In this document: positions 9,496 to 18,086 of the stretch, piece after piece
How the letters are laid out: the number at the start of each line of letters is the position of its first letter
Position numbering within the stretch: the stretch's first letter is position 1
Origin: a bacterium
GTDB taxonomy: Bacteria > Patescibacteriota > 4484-211 > GCA-002791395
Assembly: GCA_027002475.1 (NCBI GenBank)
Contig: JALWZS010000021.1
Coordinates: forward strand, 205 to 64,204
Direction of reading: 5' to 3'
DNA: 64,000 nucleotides
Notes under the pieces: model-generated
Told to the model about the DNA's origin: nothing
The model's database searches: none
What the model saw: the letters and a program-made list of their open reading frames with translations, nothing else
Translations under genes and position numbers: made by a program

Positions 9496-9514
9496 GGGGG
9501 CTTGCCCCTTTTTT
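9496..9514 (+). terminator. Rho-independent terminator
   Basis: GGGG-CTTG-CCCC hairpin followed by TTTTTT. Confidence 0.5.
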
Positions 9515-9627
9515 AACAAATGACAAAAAACAAATTCTATACTCCAAACAAAACACTAAAGTTTAGGGGGTAGGTGAATTTATCTGTTTGTTACGTTTAG
9601 TGCTTGGTATTTGTGATTTGACACTTT

Positions 9628-9922
9628 TTCAACTCTCCATCTCTTTAACTTTCTGAGACTGCCGCGCTCGTTTCTCGCTCGCAGCGACAGAGTAAAGTCC
9701 CTTTACAGTACGAATATGTCATTACGAGGAGGAAATCGGAGATTTTCAACGTGGTAATCTCAACCATACGTAGACGCTTCACAGCTACGATTGCGTCATT
9801 ACGAAGGAGCGAAACGACTGAAGTAATCTAAGGAAAGCAGATCGCCACGTCGAAAATCTCCGATTTCCTCCTCGCGATGACCTTCAAACTCTCTAACTCT
9901 CCAACCCTTTAACTCTCTAACC
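9628..9922. repeat. composite intergenic repeat, copy R2, with internal MITE-like inverted arms
   Basis: Left arm gtcattacgaggaggaaatcggagattttcaacgtggtaatctc (9717-9760) and right arm gatcgccacgtcgaaaatctccgatttcctcctcgcgatgac (9830-9871) are inverted. Flanked by aactctc heptads. Confidence 0.8.
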
Positions 9923-11002
9923 ATTAATCATAAACTCGACTACGTCCCCTTCTTGCATCTCGTAATCCTTACCCTCAAATCTAACCTTGCCTGCATCCAT
10001 AACTCCCTTCCAGCCTTTTAGACCAATAAAATCCTCGAAATTTGCAATTTTGGCTTTCACAAAACCTTTTTCAAAATCTGTATGAATTGCCCCAGCAGCT
10101 TGTGGGGCTAGCGTTCCCTTGAGAATAGGCCAAGCACGCACCTCTTTCTCCCCTGCTGTTAAAAATGTTATTAGCCCTAAAGTTTCGTATGTTTTTTTAA
10201 TTAAAATCTCAAGACCCGGTTTTTCTATTCCATAGGCGTTCAAGAGTTCGATGCGCTCATCACGAGTCATACCTGCCATATCGGCTTCAAGTTTGGCATT
10301 TAACGCAACGATAGATTGCTTCTCCCCGATATTCATCGGGGCTCGCAATGACGATTCAGAACCAAACAACTCATTAAGCTTTTCTTCATCTGTATTTAAA
10401 ACGATAATAATTGGTTTTAGTGTTAACAGTCCAAATGATTTTATTGCATGGGCTTCGTCTTTAGTTAAATCCGCCTCAGAAGCGTTTTTACCTTGTTCTA
10501 GTTTGGCTCGAATTTTATCGATCGCATCGTATCTAGCTTTTTCCTCATCTGATAGTTTTTTATTAGGACGATTTTGTTTTTCTAGTTGAGCAAGATCTGC
10601 TAACTGCAACTCCGTTAATAAAATTTGCATATCGTTTTCTGGATTTGTGCTTCCTGCTCGCACAATGTTGTCATTCTCAAAATCCCTAAGAACCATAATT
10701 ATTACATCGACTTCCCTAATGTGAGACAAAAATTTATTCCCAAGCCCTTCGCCTTTATGCGCCCCTTCAACAAGTCCCGCAATATCAACAAACTCAATTG
10801 CAGCAGGAATAATCTTTTGAGTATTTACAACCTTGGCAAGTTTTGGCAAACGCTCATCCGGAACCTCAACAACTCCAACATTTGGTTCAATCGTACAAAA
10901 GGGGTAATTTTGCGCATCGGCTACAGTGCGACTAAGAAGCGCATTAAAAAGCGTTGATTTTCCAACATTTGGTAACCCAACCAATCCTGCCTGCAAACTC
11001 AT
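9917..11002 (-). CDS. ychF: ribosome-binding ATPase YchF
   Basis: G1 motif GLVGLPNVGKSTLFNAL. YchF length and a C-terminal TGS domain. Confidence 0.9.
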   Translation of the reverse strand: MSLQAGLVGLPNVGKSTLFNALLSRTVADAQNYPFCTIEPNVGVVEVPDERLPKLAKVVNTQKIIPAAIEFVDIAGLVEGAHKGEGLGNKFLSHIREVDVIIMVLRDFENDNIVRAGSTNPENDMQILLTELQLADLAQLEKQNRPNKKLSDEEKARYDAIDKIRAKLEQGKNASEADLTKDEAHAIKSFGLLTLKPIIIVLNTDEEKLNELFGSESSLRAPMNIGEKQSIVALNAKLEADMAGMTRDERIELLNAYGIEKPGLEILIKKTYETLGLITFLTAGEKEVRAWPILKGTLAPQAAGAIHTDFEKGFVKAKIANFEDFIGLKGWKGVMDAGKVRFEGKDYEMQEGDVVEFMING

Positions 11003-11177
11003 GGGTGTATGGTAATAGGTAAATAGGAATTAGTAAATAGCAAACTCTGTCTGAATGAGATTGTGCTATAATAATTTTACGAAGATGACCTATAGGTCGT
11101 CCCACCTTCTCAATAATTCTGCCCGTAGGCTGAAATAACCCTATATACATGAATAAAAAAGAAAGGGGGTGAGGAAA

Positions 11178-11786
11178 ATGAAGAGAATTTTGTATAGTGT
11201 GCTAAGTATAGCTGCACTAGCCGTTTTGGTCGGAGGGGCAACCTTTGCATATTTTTCTGACACAGAAACCAGCAATGGCAACACTTTCACAGCAGGAACT
11301 CTAGACCTTTTAGTTGATGGTTCCAACAATAATGTTGTGAAGTTTAATGTCACAAATATGCGACCAGGTAACCAACCTAAAGCAAGTTACCTTCTCCACA
11401 ACAACGGTACTCTAAAAGGCTATCTTGACCTCGAAAACATCTCTGTCACCAACAATGAGAACTCATGTGTTGAACCAGAAGTAGAAGCTGGTGATACAAC
11501 ATGTGGAACTGTCGGCGACGGTGAGCTACAAGATGTAGTCAACCTTCGATTGTTCATCGACTACGGAGGTGACGGATGGATCTCAACAGGTGATAAGGTG
11601 TTCTACAACGGAAAGGTAAAAAATCTTCCTTCCCATTTCGAACTAGATGAATCAATGAATGCAGGCACCGACTTACATATCGTTGCCTTATTCGACTGGT
11701 GGTCAACACCTAACGACGATCTTGCTCAAGGCGATACATTTAGCCTTGACATGACTTTCGAGCTGGCTCAAACAGCGGCTCAATAA
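11178..11786 (+). CDS. TasA/camelysin-like secreted protein with SipW-cognate-class signal peptide
   Basis: Signal peptide ending in the hallmark FAYFSDTETSNGNTFTAGTLDL. GGGGGTGAGG RBS. Start set at the ATG at 11178 rather than the GTG at 11169. Confidence 0.7.
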   Translation: MKRILYSVLSIAALAVLVGGATFAYFSDTETSNGNTFTAGTLDLLVDGSNNNVVKFNVTNMRPGNQPKASYLLHNNGTLKGYLDLENISVTNNENSCVEPEVEAGDTTCGTVGDGELQDVVNLRLFIDYGGDGWISTGDKVFYNGKVKNLPSHFELDESMNAGTDLHIVALFDWWSTPNDDLAQGDTFSLDMTFELAQTAAQ

Positions 11787-11842
11787 GTCTTGCAAGATAT
11801 ATTATGGATGGGGACGAAGCATAAAAGCCTAGTCCCCTATCC

Positions 11843-13171
11843 ATGGTGAAATCGATAAACAAACTGAAAACAAAAATGAATAGTTTACTAGAAAAAGCCA
11901 AACAAAAGTTAAAAGGTTTTAAAGAAGGGTTAAATGCAAAAATAATAATCCGCTCAGCACTAGTATTTGCAATAAGTATAGTTGCAATCTTGGTTATCTT
12001 AAGTTCTCCAATAGCCGGCGGCAAGGGCGTGGTCTTTGCTGTTTTGTCAGGTTCAATGGAGCCAAAAATCCACACAGGAAGTATTGTTGTAGTTATTCCT
12101 GCTAAAAACTATAAAATCGGAGATGTAATCACCTTTTTTGAAAAAGATAAGGAAATAACAGTTACTCATAGGATTAAAGATATCCGCAAAATCGATGGGC
12201 AAGATGTGTTCATAACAAAAGGTGATGCCAACGAAACCGAAGATAACTATCCAGTTGCTAAAAATGACGTTATTGGAAAAGTCGTATTCTCTATTCCTCT
12301 GCTAGGACGAGTTTTGCACTTTGCAAACACAGACATAGGGTTTGTAACATTCATTGTTATATCTGCAACAATTTTAATTTACGAAGAAGTACGAAAGATT
12401 AAGCAAGAAGTAAAAGACCTTGAGAAAAAGCAAAAAGTATTTACTAAAACGAAACGTGCTATAAAGAAAAAGTTCAAGAAGGTAGTGAAAAACACTAAGA
12501 AACGACTAAAAACTATTCGCAAAACATTACCATTTATTTTCACTTTAGGCATTTTGGCAGCAAGTCAAACAGTAAACGCACAAACATTAAATATTAACTG
12601 TACAAACGAAAGTTGCGTTTTATCTCCAGAGAGTTCTCCACTTTTTAGCGAAGGGAACTTAGCACCTGGTGATTTTGTACAAAGAGACCTAGAGATTTGT
12701 AACAATAAAAACACAGCAATTTCTTTATCTGTAAAATTCACGGATTACAAGAACGAGGTACCAAGCGACTTCTCCGATAAGATTTTAGTAAGTGCAGTTG
12801 ATAGCAGCGATAACTCTTTAGTTCTTAACGAACAAACAATGTCAGAACTTGAAGATAAAACAATTGAGCTCATTAGCGTAGGTAGCAACTCATGCAAAAC
12901 ACTAACCTTTACAGCAAAGCTTAGTAATGTAGGTAACGAGTATCAAAACGCCAAGCTAGGCTTTAATATAAACTGGGTTATTGAAGGCGAAGATGGAAGT
13001 CAACCGCAAGTATTATCTGTATTTGATAAAAGCGGCAACGGTGATGTGTTAGGAATGACATTGCCAGAAACAGGATTTCCTATAATTTATTTTGTTGGGA
13101 CCGGCGCAATATTTTTGCTTATTGGCTACCTACTAAAAAGCATTGCAAGCGATTTATCTAAAGACAAATAA
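11843..13171 (+). CDS. sipW: SipW-type signal peptidase I fused to an internal signal peptide, a TasA-like domain and a C-terminal LPETG sorting signal
   Basis: S26 catalytic motifs VLSGSMEP and GDANETEDNYPV with N- and C-terminal TM helices. A K-rich loop, then a second signal-like segment LPFIFTLGILAASQTVNA|Q. A domain resembling the upstream TasA-like protein. LPETG plus a hydrophobic stretch and a KSIASDLSKDK tail. Confidence 0.75.
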   Translation: MVKSINKLKTKMNSLLEKAKQKLKGFKEGLNAKIIIRSALVFAISIVAILVILSSPIAGGKGVVFAVLSGSMEPKIHTGSIVVVIPAKNYKIGDVITFFEKDKEITVTHRIKDIRKIDGQDVFITKGDANETEDNYPVAKNDVIGKVVFSIPLLGRVLHFANTDIGFVTFIVISATILIYEEVRKIKQEVKDLEKKQKVFTKTKRAIKKKFKKVVKNTKKRLKTIRKTLPFIFTLGILAASQTVNAQTLNINCTNESCVLSPESSPLFSEGNLAPGDFVQRDLEICNNKNTAISLSVKFTDYKNEVPSDFSDKILVSAVDSSDNSLVLNEQTMSELEDKTIELISVGSNSCKTLTFTAKLSNVGNEYQNAKLGFNINWVIEGEDGSQPQVLSVFDKSGNGDVLGMTLPETGFPIIYFVGTGAIFLLIGYLLKSIASDLSKDK

Positions 13172-13304
13172 TCCCCTATACTCGGAAACCTCTGAGGCTT
13201 CTGGTACGCTTGATAACAAGCAAAAACACAAAACTCGCCCCGTTTGTAATGTTTGAGATTTAATATTTGGAGTTTGTTTGTCCCGTTTTGTGCTTTGAAA
13301 CAAT

Positions 13305-14234
13305 TTACTCTTGCTCTTCCAACCACTTGCCTGCCTCAATTGCAGCGCGGCATCCTGCGCCTGCAGCAGTAATTGCTTGACGATATACAGGATCTGCTAC
13401 ATCCCCAGCAACAAACACACCATCAACGCTTGTCCTAACACCATCAGGGGTAACGACATACCCATGGCTATCAAGCTCTACTTGACCAACAAAAGGCTCT
13501 GTCATCGGGACATGACCGATTGCCAAAAACATTCCATCAACCTCTAAAATGCCTTCTTCTTGAGTTTCGTTGTTAAAAAGCCTTAGCCCTGTAACGAACT
13601 GATCACCAAGAACTTCTTTAACTTCACTATTCCAGACCACCTCAATCTTAGGATTATTTAGTGCTCTTTCTTGCATAATTTTACTTGCCCTAAACGCATC
13701 GCGCCTATGAACAATGTAAACTTTTTTAGCGTATTTTGTAAGGTAGGTAGCCTCTTCCATTGCGCTATCTCCCCCACCAATTACTGCAACGACCTTATCC
13801 TTATAAAAAGCACCGTCGCAAGTAGCACATGTAGAAACGCCTTTCCCCCAAAATGCCTGTTCAGATTCAAGCCCAAGCCTGCGAGGAGAAGAACCCGTTG
13901 CAATAATTACAGATTCAGCAAAGTATTCATTTTCATCTGTAACTAGCTTGTATGGGGATTTAGAAAAATCAACACTTCGAACAAATTCATAAACCATTTT
14001 TGCACCAAAACGCTCGGCTTGCTTTATCATATTGTCCATTAGTTTTGGTCCTTCAATTCCTTCTGGGAAACCAGGGTAGTTTTCAATAACTGTTGTGGTC
14101 ATTAGTTGCCCACCAAACTCAAAACCAGCTAAGACAATAGGATTTAATTCAGCGCGACCTGTGTAAATACCAGCAGTAAGTCCAGCTGGACCAGAACCAA
14201 CAATAATTACTTTATGGACATCGGTTGCACTCAT
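13305..14234 (-). CDS. trxB: thioredoxin reductase
   Basis: FAD motif GSGPAGLTAGIY, redox-active CATCDG and NADPH motif GGGDSAMEEA. Confidence 0.9.
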   Translation of the reverse strand: MSATDVHKVIIVGSGPAGLTAGIYTGRAELNPIVLAGFEFGGQLMTTTVIENYPGFPEGIEGPKLMDNMIKQAERFGAKMVYEFVRSVDFSKSPYKLVTDENEYFAESVIIATGSSPRRLGLESEQAFWGKGVSTCATCDGAFYKDKVVAVIGGGDSAMEEATYLTKYAKKVYIVHRRDAFRASKIMQERALNNPKIEVVWNSEVKEVLGDQFVTGLRLFNNETQEEGILEVDGMFLAIGHVPMTEPFVGQVELDSHGYVVTPDGVRTSVDGVFVAGDVADPVYRQAITAAGAGCRAAIEAGKWLEEQE

Positions 14235-14249
14235 ATAAATAACTTACCT

Positions 14250-14576
14250 TTAAGCCTGAGGCTCGCGGTATTTATTAATCAGACTCAAAAAGTCCTGCTT
14301 TGCCCTAAGACCGACAATTTGCTCAACAGGCTTTCCATCTTTAAACAAAATAACTGTTGGAATACCACGAATACCAAACATTGCTGCTAATGATGGATTT
14401 TCGTCAACGTTGACCTTTGCAACTTTAACGTCTTTTTCTTCCTGTGCGATTTCAGCAATCATAGGACCAAGAATTCTACAAGGCCCACACCAAGGCGCCC
14501 AAAAGTCAACTAGAGTTAGCCCCTTTGACTCTTGTACCTCTTTGCCAAAATTTGATTCGTTAACTTGAACTTCCAT
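14250..14576 (-). CDS. trxA: thioredoxin
   Basis: WAPWCGPCR active site. 108 aa. Confidence 0.9.
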   Translation of the reverse strand: MEVQVNESNFGKEVQESKGLTLVDFWAPWCGPCRILGPMIAEIAQEEKDVKVAKVNVDENPSLAAMFGIRGIPTVILFKDGKPVEQIVGLRAKQDFLSLINKYREPQA

Positions 14577-14684
14577 GACTACAGTATTTTAACATATTAC
14601 ATGCAAGCCGCTTTTGGCGTTATAGCAATAAATAAAACCAACCCCCAGTATCACAGCGTATTACAAGGAAAAACAGCCCCACAC

Positions 14685-14900
14685 TTTAACTCTCCAACTC
14701 TGTAACTTTCTAACTGAGACTGCCGCGTCACTATATTCCTTACAGTGACGCGCTTGTCATTACGAAGGAGTGAAGCGACTGAAGTAATCTCTGAAAAGCA
14801 GATCGCCGCGCTCCGCTCGCGATAGACGCCAAACGTCAAACCACTATACTTGCTTTGCTCCATAACTCTCCAACTCGTAACTCTACAACTCTCCCCCCCC
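14685..14900. repeat. composite intergenic repeat, copy R3
   Basis: ctctccaactctgtaactttctaactgagactgccgcgtcactat...gtcattacgaaggagtgaagcgactgaagtaatct is the reverse complement of R1. It ends with aactctacaactctccccccc. Confidence 0.8.
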
Positions 14901-14915
14901 AACCCATCCCACCCC

Positions 14916-14944
14916 TTGACAAGTCCTATAGGGTTATGTATAAT
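14916..14944 (+). promoter_or_regulatory. consensus sigma70-type promoter (TTGACA-17-TATAAT)
   Basis: TTGACA at 14916-14921, a 17-nt spacer and TATAAT at 14939-14944. Both hexamers are perfect consensus. Confidence 0.6.
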
Positions 14945-14950
14945 ACGCAC

Positions 14951-15153
14951 ATACTTCAAGGCGAAAAGCTTAAAGTATGTAGTACATTATTTAACATCAG
15001 TAAACAGCTTTGGATCCCTACCCGAAGTAAAACACATAATACTCCGAAAGACTTATGGGACACCCAAAGCATCGGAGTTTTTTATTATCCGAAACAAGAG
15101 AGATGCTCCCGTATCTACCCTAAAGGTACAGGATAATCTCTCCTGTTTTTTGT
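14951..15153 (+). ncRNA. candidate small RNA (about 135-200 nt) of unknown class
   Basis: Transcribed from the consensus promoter. No plausible RBS-led ORF. An internal hairpin CTCCGA..TCGGAG with a T-tract (about 15043-15085) and a terminal hairpin-T-tract terminator. Confidence 0.4.
15128..15153 (+). terminator. Rho-independent terminator
   Basis: ACAGGA-taatctc-TCCTGT hairpin followed by TTTTTTGT. Confidence 0.55.
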
Positions 15154-15240
15154 CTTTAACACTACAAAAGACACTAAGACAGGTAGGGATGACGTGAGTT
15201 TGTTAAACAACGTCAGGGCACCTTTAACAAGTTAGTCTAT

Positions 15241-15306
15241 ATTCTCCGGAGCTTTAGCGATAAAGAGATGATTATATTCGCCGAAGCTTTAGCGAAGGAG
15301 AAAAGA
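15241..15306. repeat. two tandem 30-33 nt direct repeats
   Basis: ccggagctttagcgataaagag and ccgaagctttagcgaaggag, 33 nt apart. Confidence 0.5.
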
Positions 15307-15484
15307 CTAGAAGATACCGAAACGATCTATACCGTACTAGGATCTTTTGGCACTAACTCGTCTAAAGGAGATTTTGCTTAGCTGATCAGAGTCATGCAGT
15401 TTATGAAATAAACTGCCTAAGTTGATTTTGCTACGCAAAATCAACGTCAACGACCTTAACAATTCATTTCAACTTAAACATTAT

Positions 15485-15594
15485 GGGTCCGTAGCTCAAA
15501 AAAGCCAGCTTTATGTAGAGCTGGTTGGCATAGAGCCCCTTCTCGCCGAGGGGCCCCCTGCGGGGGGATGCAGGTTCGAATCCTGCCGGACCCA
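15485..15594 (+). tRNA. aberrant expanded tRNA-Lys-like gene (about 110 nt); anticodon unresolved, possibly CGC
   Basis: 5' GGGTCCGTAGCTCA and 3' GCAGGTTCGAATCCTGCCGGACCCACC form a perfect 7-bp acceptor stem and a canonical T-arm, closely resembling bacterial tRNA-Lys. The D-loop carries a roughly 24-nt insertion with its own hairpin (AAAG-CCAG-CTTT). A putative anticodon arm CCCTT-CTCGCCG-AGGGG lacks position 26. A long GC variable hairpin CCCCC-TGC-GGGGG. No encoded CCA. Confidence 0.45.
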
Positions 15595-15598
15595 CCCC

Positions 15599-15628
15599 AA
15601 AAAAAGCGCGCCTCGATATGAGGCGCGC
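15599..15628 (-). terminator. strong Rho-independent terminator on the minus strand
   Basis: 9-bp GC stem GCGCGCCTC-gatat-GAGGCGCGC, preceded on the plus strand by AAAAAAA (a T-tract on the minus strand). Confidence 0.6.
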
Positions 15629-16109
15629 CAAACCTTAAGTTAGGTCTTTTTGTGTGTCTAGGTATGTAGTAACTTTACTCCATGCCCAGGCCCACAAGAG
15701 GCCAACTTTTCTTTTTTTTCCTGGGGCGTCTGTGCCCCTCTCACCAAGGAGGTGAATTATACGCAGACACTTGTAGTACCGGTCACGTGACCAAACCTAC
15801 CTTCCGTCCGTCATCCTGAAAGCTTACACCGCAAGGTGCAGCCAGGACTTGCCACAATGGCAATCGGAGGAAGTAGCAAGGAGCGGTCAACGTGGTCGTG
15901 AACAACTGAATCGGCAGCCAGTAGCGGACGCTACTGCGACTAGCCGTGCAGGGAGGATACACCCAAAAGAACTTTGTATCCGAAACGCTGAGGGTGTCAG
16001 CGTGCCATAAGGCAAAACAACACCAAGTCCGCCGCTAGTGTGCGGGCGAAAGTCCTGGAAAATGATCCAGGCCGGCACCCATGCCGCCTCTTCGAATAGG
16101 AGGAATAAA

Positions 16110-16565
16110 ATGGGTAGTAATTTTAAGAGTAAAGTAGCAGAGACCATCAAATCCGCCAAAAATATTCAGATGGCAATTAAACTCCTGAAAGAGGCGTTTG
16201 ACGTAAAGGCTGTAGCGGTAAGCTCAGCCCCAGGCCCAATCCAGCGAGCCCCCCGAGATATCGGAGTTCTGGTACAAAGAGGGTTGAAGGACAATGTCCT
16301 TATCAACCTCTACCAGAATTTCCGAGGTGGTACCGGGATGATGGGGGATCGTATCGGACCGGTCCAGTATGAGCTCATAAATGACGGTGAGCTCCCTGGG
16401 GCCATATTTACTTTTGAGGACCAAGTTTACGTCAACCGCCCCCAACTATGGTTTGTTGCCATGGCTTCGGAAGCACTGAATGAGTTCGTGCTAAATCAAA
16501 CCGAAGCCAATGAGCATCTCTTCAAAGTTGCTCGCGGCAAGAAACCTTACTCGAAACTCTACTAA
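16110..16565 (+). CDS. hypothetical protein (151 aa) inside the GC-rich non-coding island
   Basis: Perfect AGGAGG RBS 7 nt upstream of the ATG at 16110. The ORF is continuous. No recognised domain. Confidence 0.5.
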   Translation: MGSNFKSKVAETIKSAKNIQMAIKLLKEAFDVKAVAVSSAPGPIQRAPRDIGVLVQRGLKDNVLINLYQNFRGGTGMMGDRIGPVQYELINDGELPGAIFTFEDQVYVNRPQLWFVAMASEALNEFVLNQTEANEHLFKVARGKKPYSKLY

Positions 16566-17139
16566 CCTACACCCTCTCGCGCCTTCCTGCTGGGCGCATA
16601 AAAAATCAGTAGGTTGCCGGTAAGTGTCGCTTTGCGACCCCCCGCCCGGTGTAAAAAATAGGGGATATTCCTCCCTTCTCACAAGCGAATGAAGAAGGGC
16701 GCCAAGGGCTGCGTAATGCCCCCACCCGAAAACGGGTGCGTCAAATGGGTAGTAAACTACCCAATGCGCTAAGAGCTTCTTGCTCTTTTTACCGTGATAC
16801 GCGCGTCTCAAACACGGGTGCCACCTCCCCCGCGGTGGCGAAAAAATTAGGGGTTTATCTTTGGGCAGTTATGCTTCTGCCACAAAAAAAGCAGCAACGC
16901 GGCTCTGGGTTACATGCTCAGAGCCAAAAAGCGGCAAGGAGTGGTGACAGTCTCCTTGCCGGCAACACTAGCACTAACGAATCATAGGACAATCTGAAAC
17001 TCCCCAAATTATGAAACGCATTTAGATTCACAGTTACTGAGGAATATATTTGTAGTCTGCTTGTTGAGAAGTTTGCTTCTTAGCAAGGAGCCTACAAAGG
17101 CTCAAAGCCAGCCAAGAACGGTCGGATGGATATCATTCT

Positions 17140-17400
<261 letters not shown>

Positions 17401-17804
17401 CGAACTTATATGGGCGATAAGACCTTGATATCTCAACAGATATCATTGCTTCCACCAAATAGAAATCCGACCAACGCTTGGCCACAGGCGGCATTAACTC
17501 GATAGAGCTAATGCCGCCTTATTCTTACTAATGCTCCCCGCTGTGGGTTGAGTAGGGATCGCGTGTAATACATTAGACGCGACAACCCACAGCGAGTAGT
17601 GCGAGTAAGTGGCTCAAATTACAAACCATACAAACAGAACAAACCTTGCAAACAAATTACAAGCAATAAATTACAAACTTCAAACAGTCTGCAACCAAAT
17701 CTGCCCAAAGCCTAAACTATTCTATTTTGTTTAAAATTTGCAATTTGTGATTTAAAGTTTGTTTGTTATGTTTGGGATTTGGAATTTGAAGCTTGATATC
17801 CCCC

Positions 17805-18075
17805 TAACTCACTTGAGATTGCGCCGCATACTCCGTATGCTTACAGAAGAAACTGACGTTTCTTCACCGTACCCTAACCGTCACTGCGAAAGAGCAAACG
17901 CGATTGCGGCAGTCTCTACTTGTAGATTGCTTCTCCTGCCGCGGCGGGTTCGCGATGACGTTTTCACACCAACACTCAGACCCTCCAACTCTTTAACTCT
18001 TCAACTCTCCAACTTGAGATTGCTTCACCCGATATACATCGGGTTCGCAATGACGTTTGCACGTCAACTCATGAG
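17805..18075. repeat. composite intergenic repeat, copy R4
   Basis: cgtcactgcgaaagagcaaacgcgattgcggcagtct, ggttcgcgatgacg and ccaactctttaactcttcaactctccaac. cttgagattgc occurs twice. Confidence 0.75.
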
Positions 18076-18086
18076 ATAATAATGTC

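Noticed and set aside
14651-15197. ORFs 14651..14959 (-), 14850..15197 (+) and 14855..15136 (+)
   Set aside because: They overlap repeat R3, the consensus promoter and the sRNA candidate with its terminators. They are low-complexity with no RBS.
16110-16565. Island ORF as a levivirus-like coat protein (N-terminal MGSNF resembles MS2 MASNF)
   Set aside because: The similarity is limited to 4-5 residues. A DNA genome context and the absence of maturation or replicase genes make this untenable.
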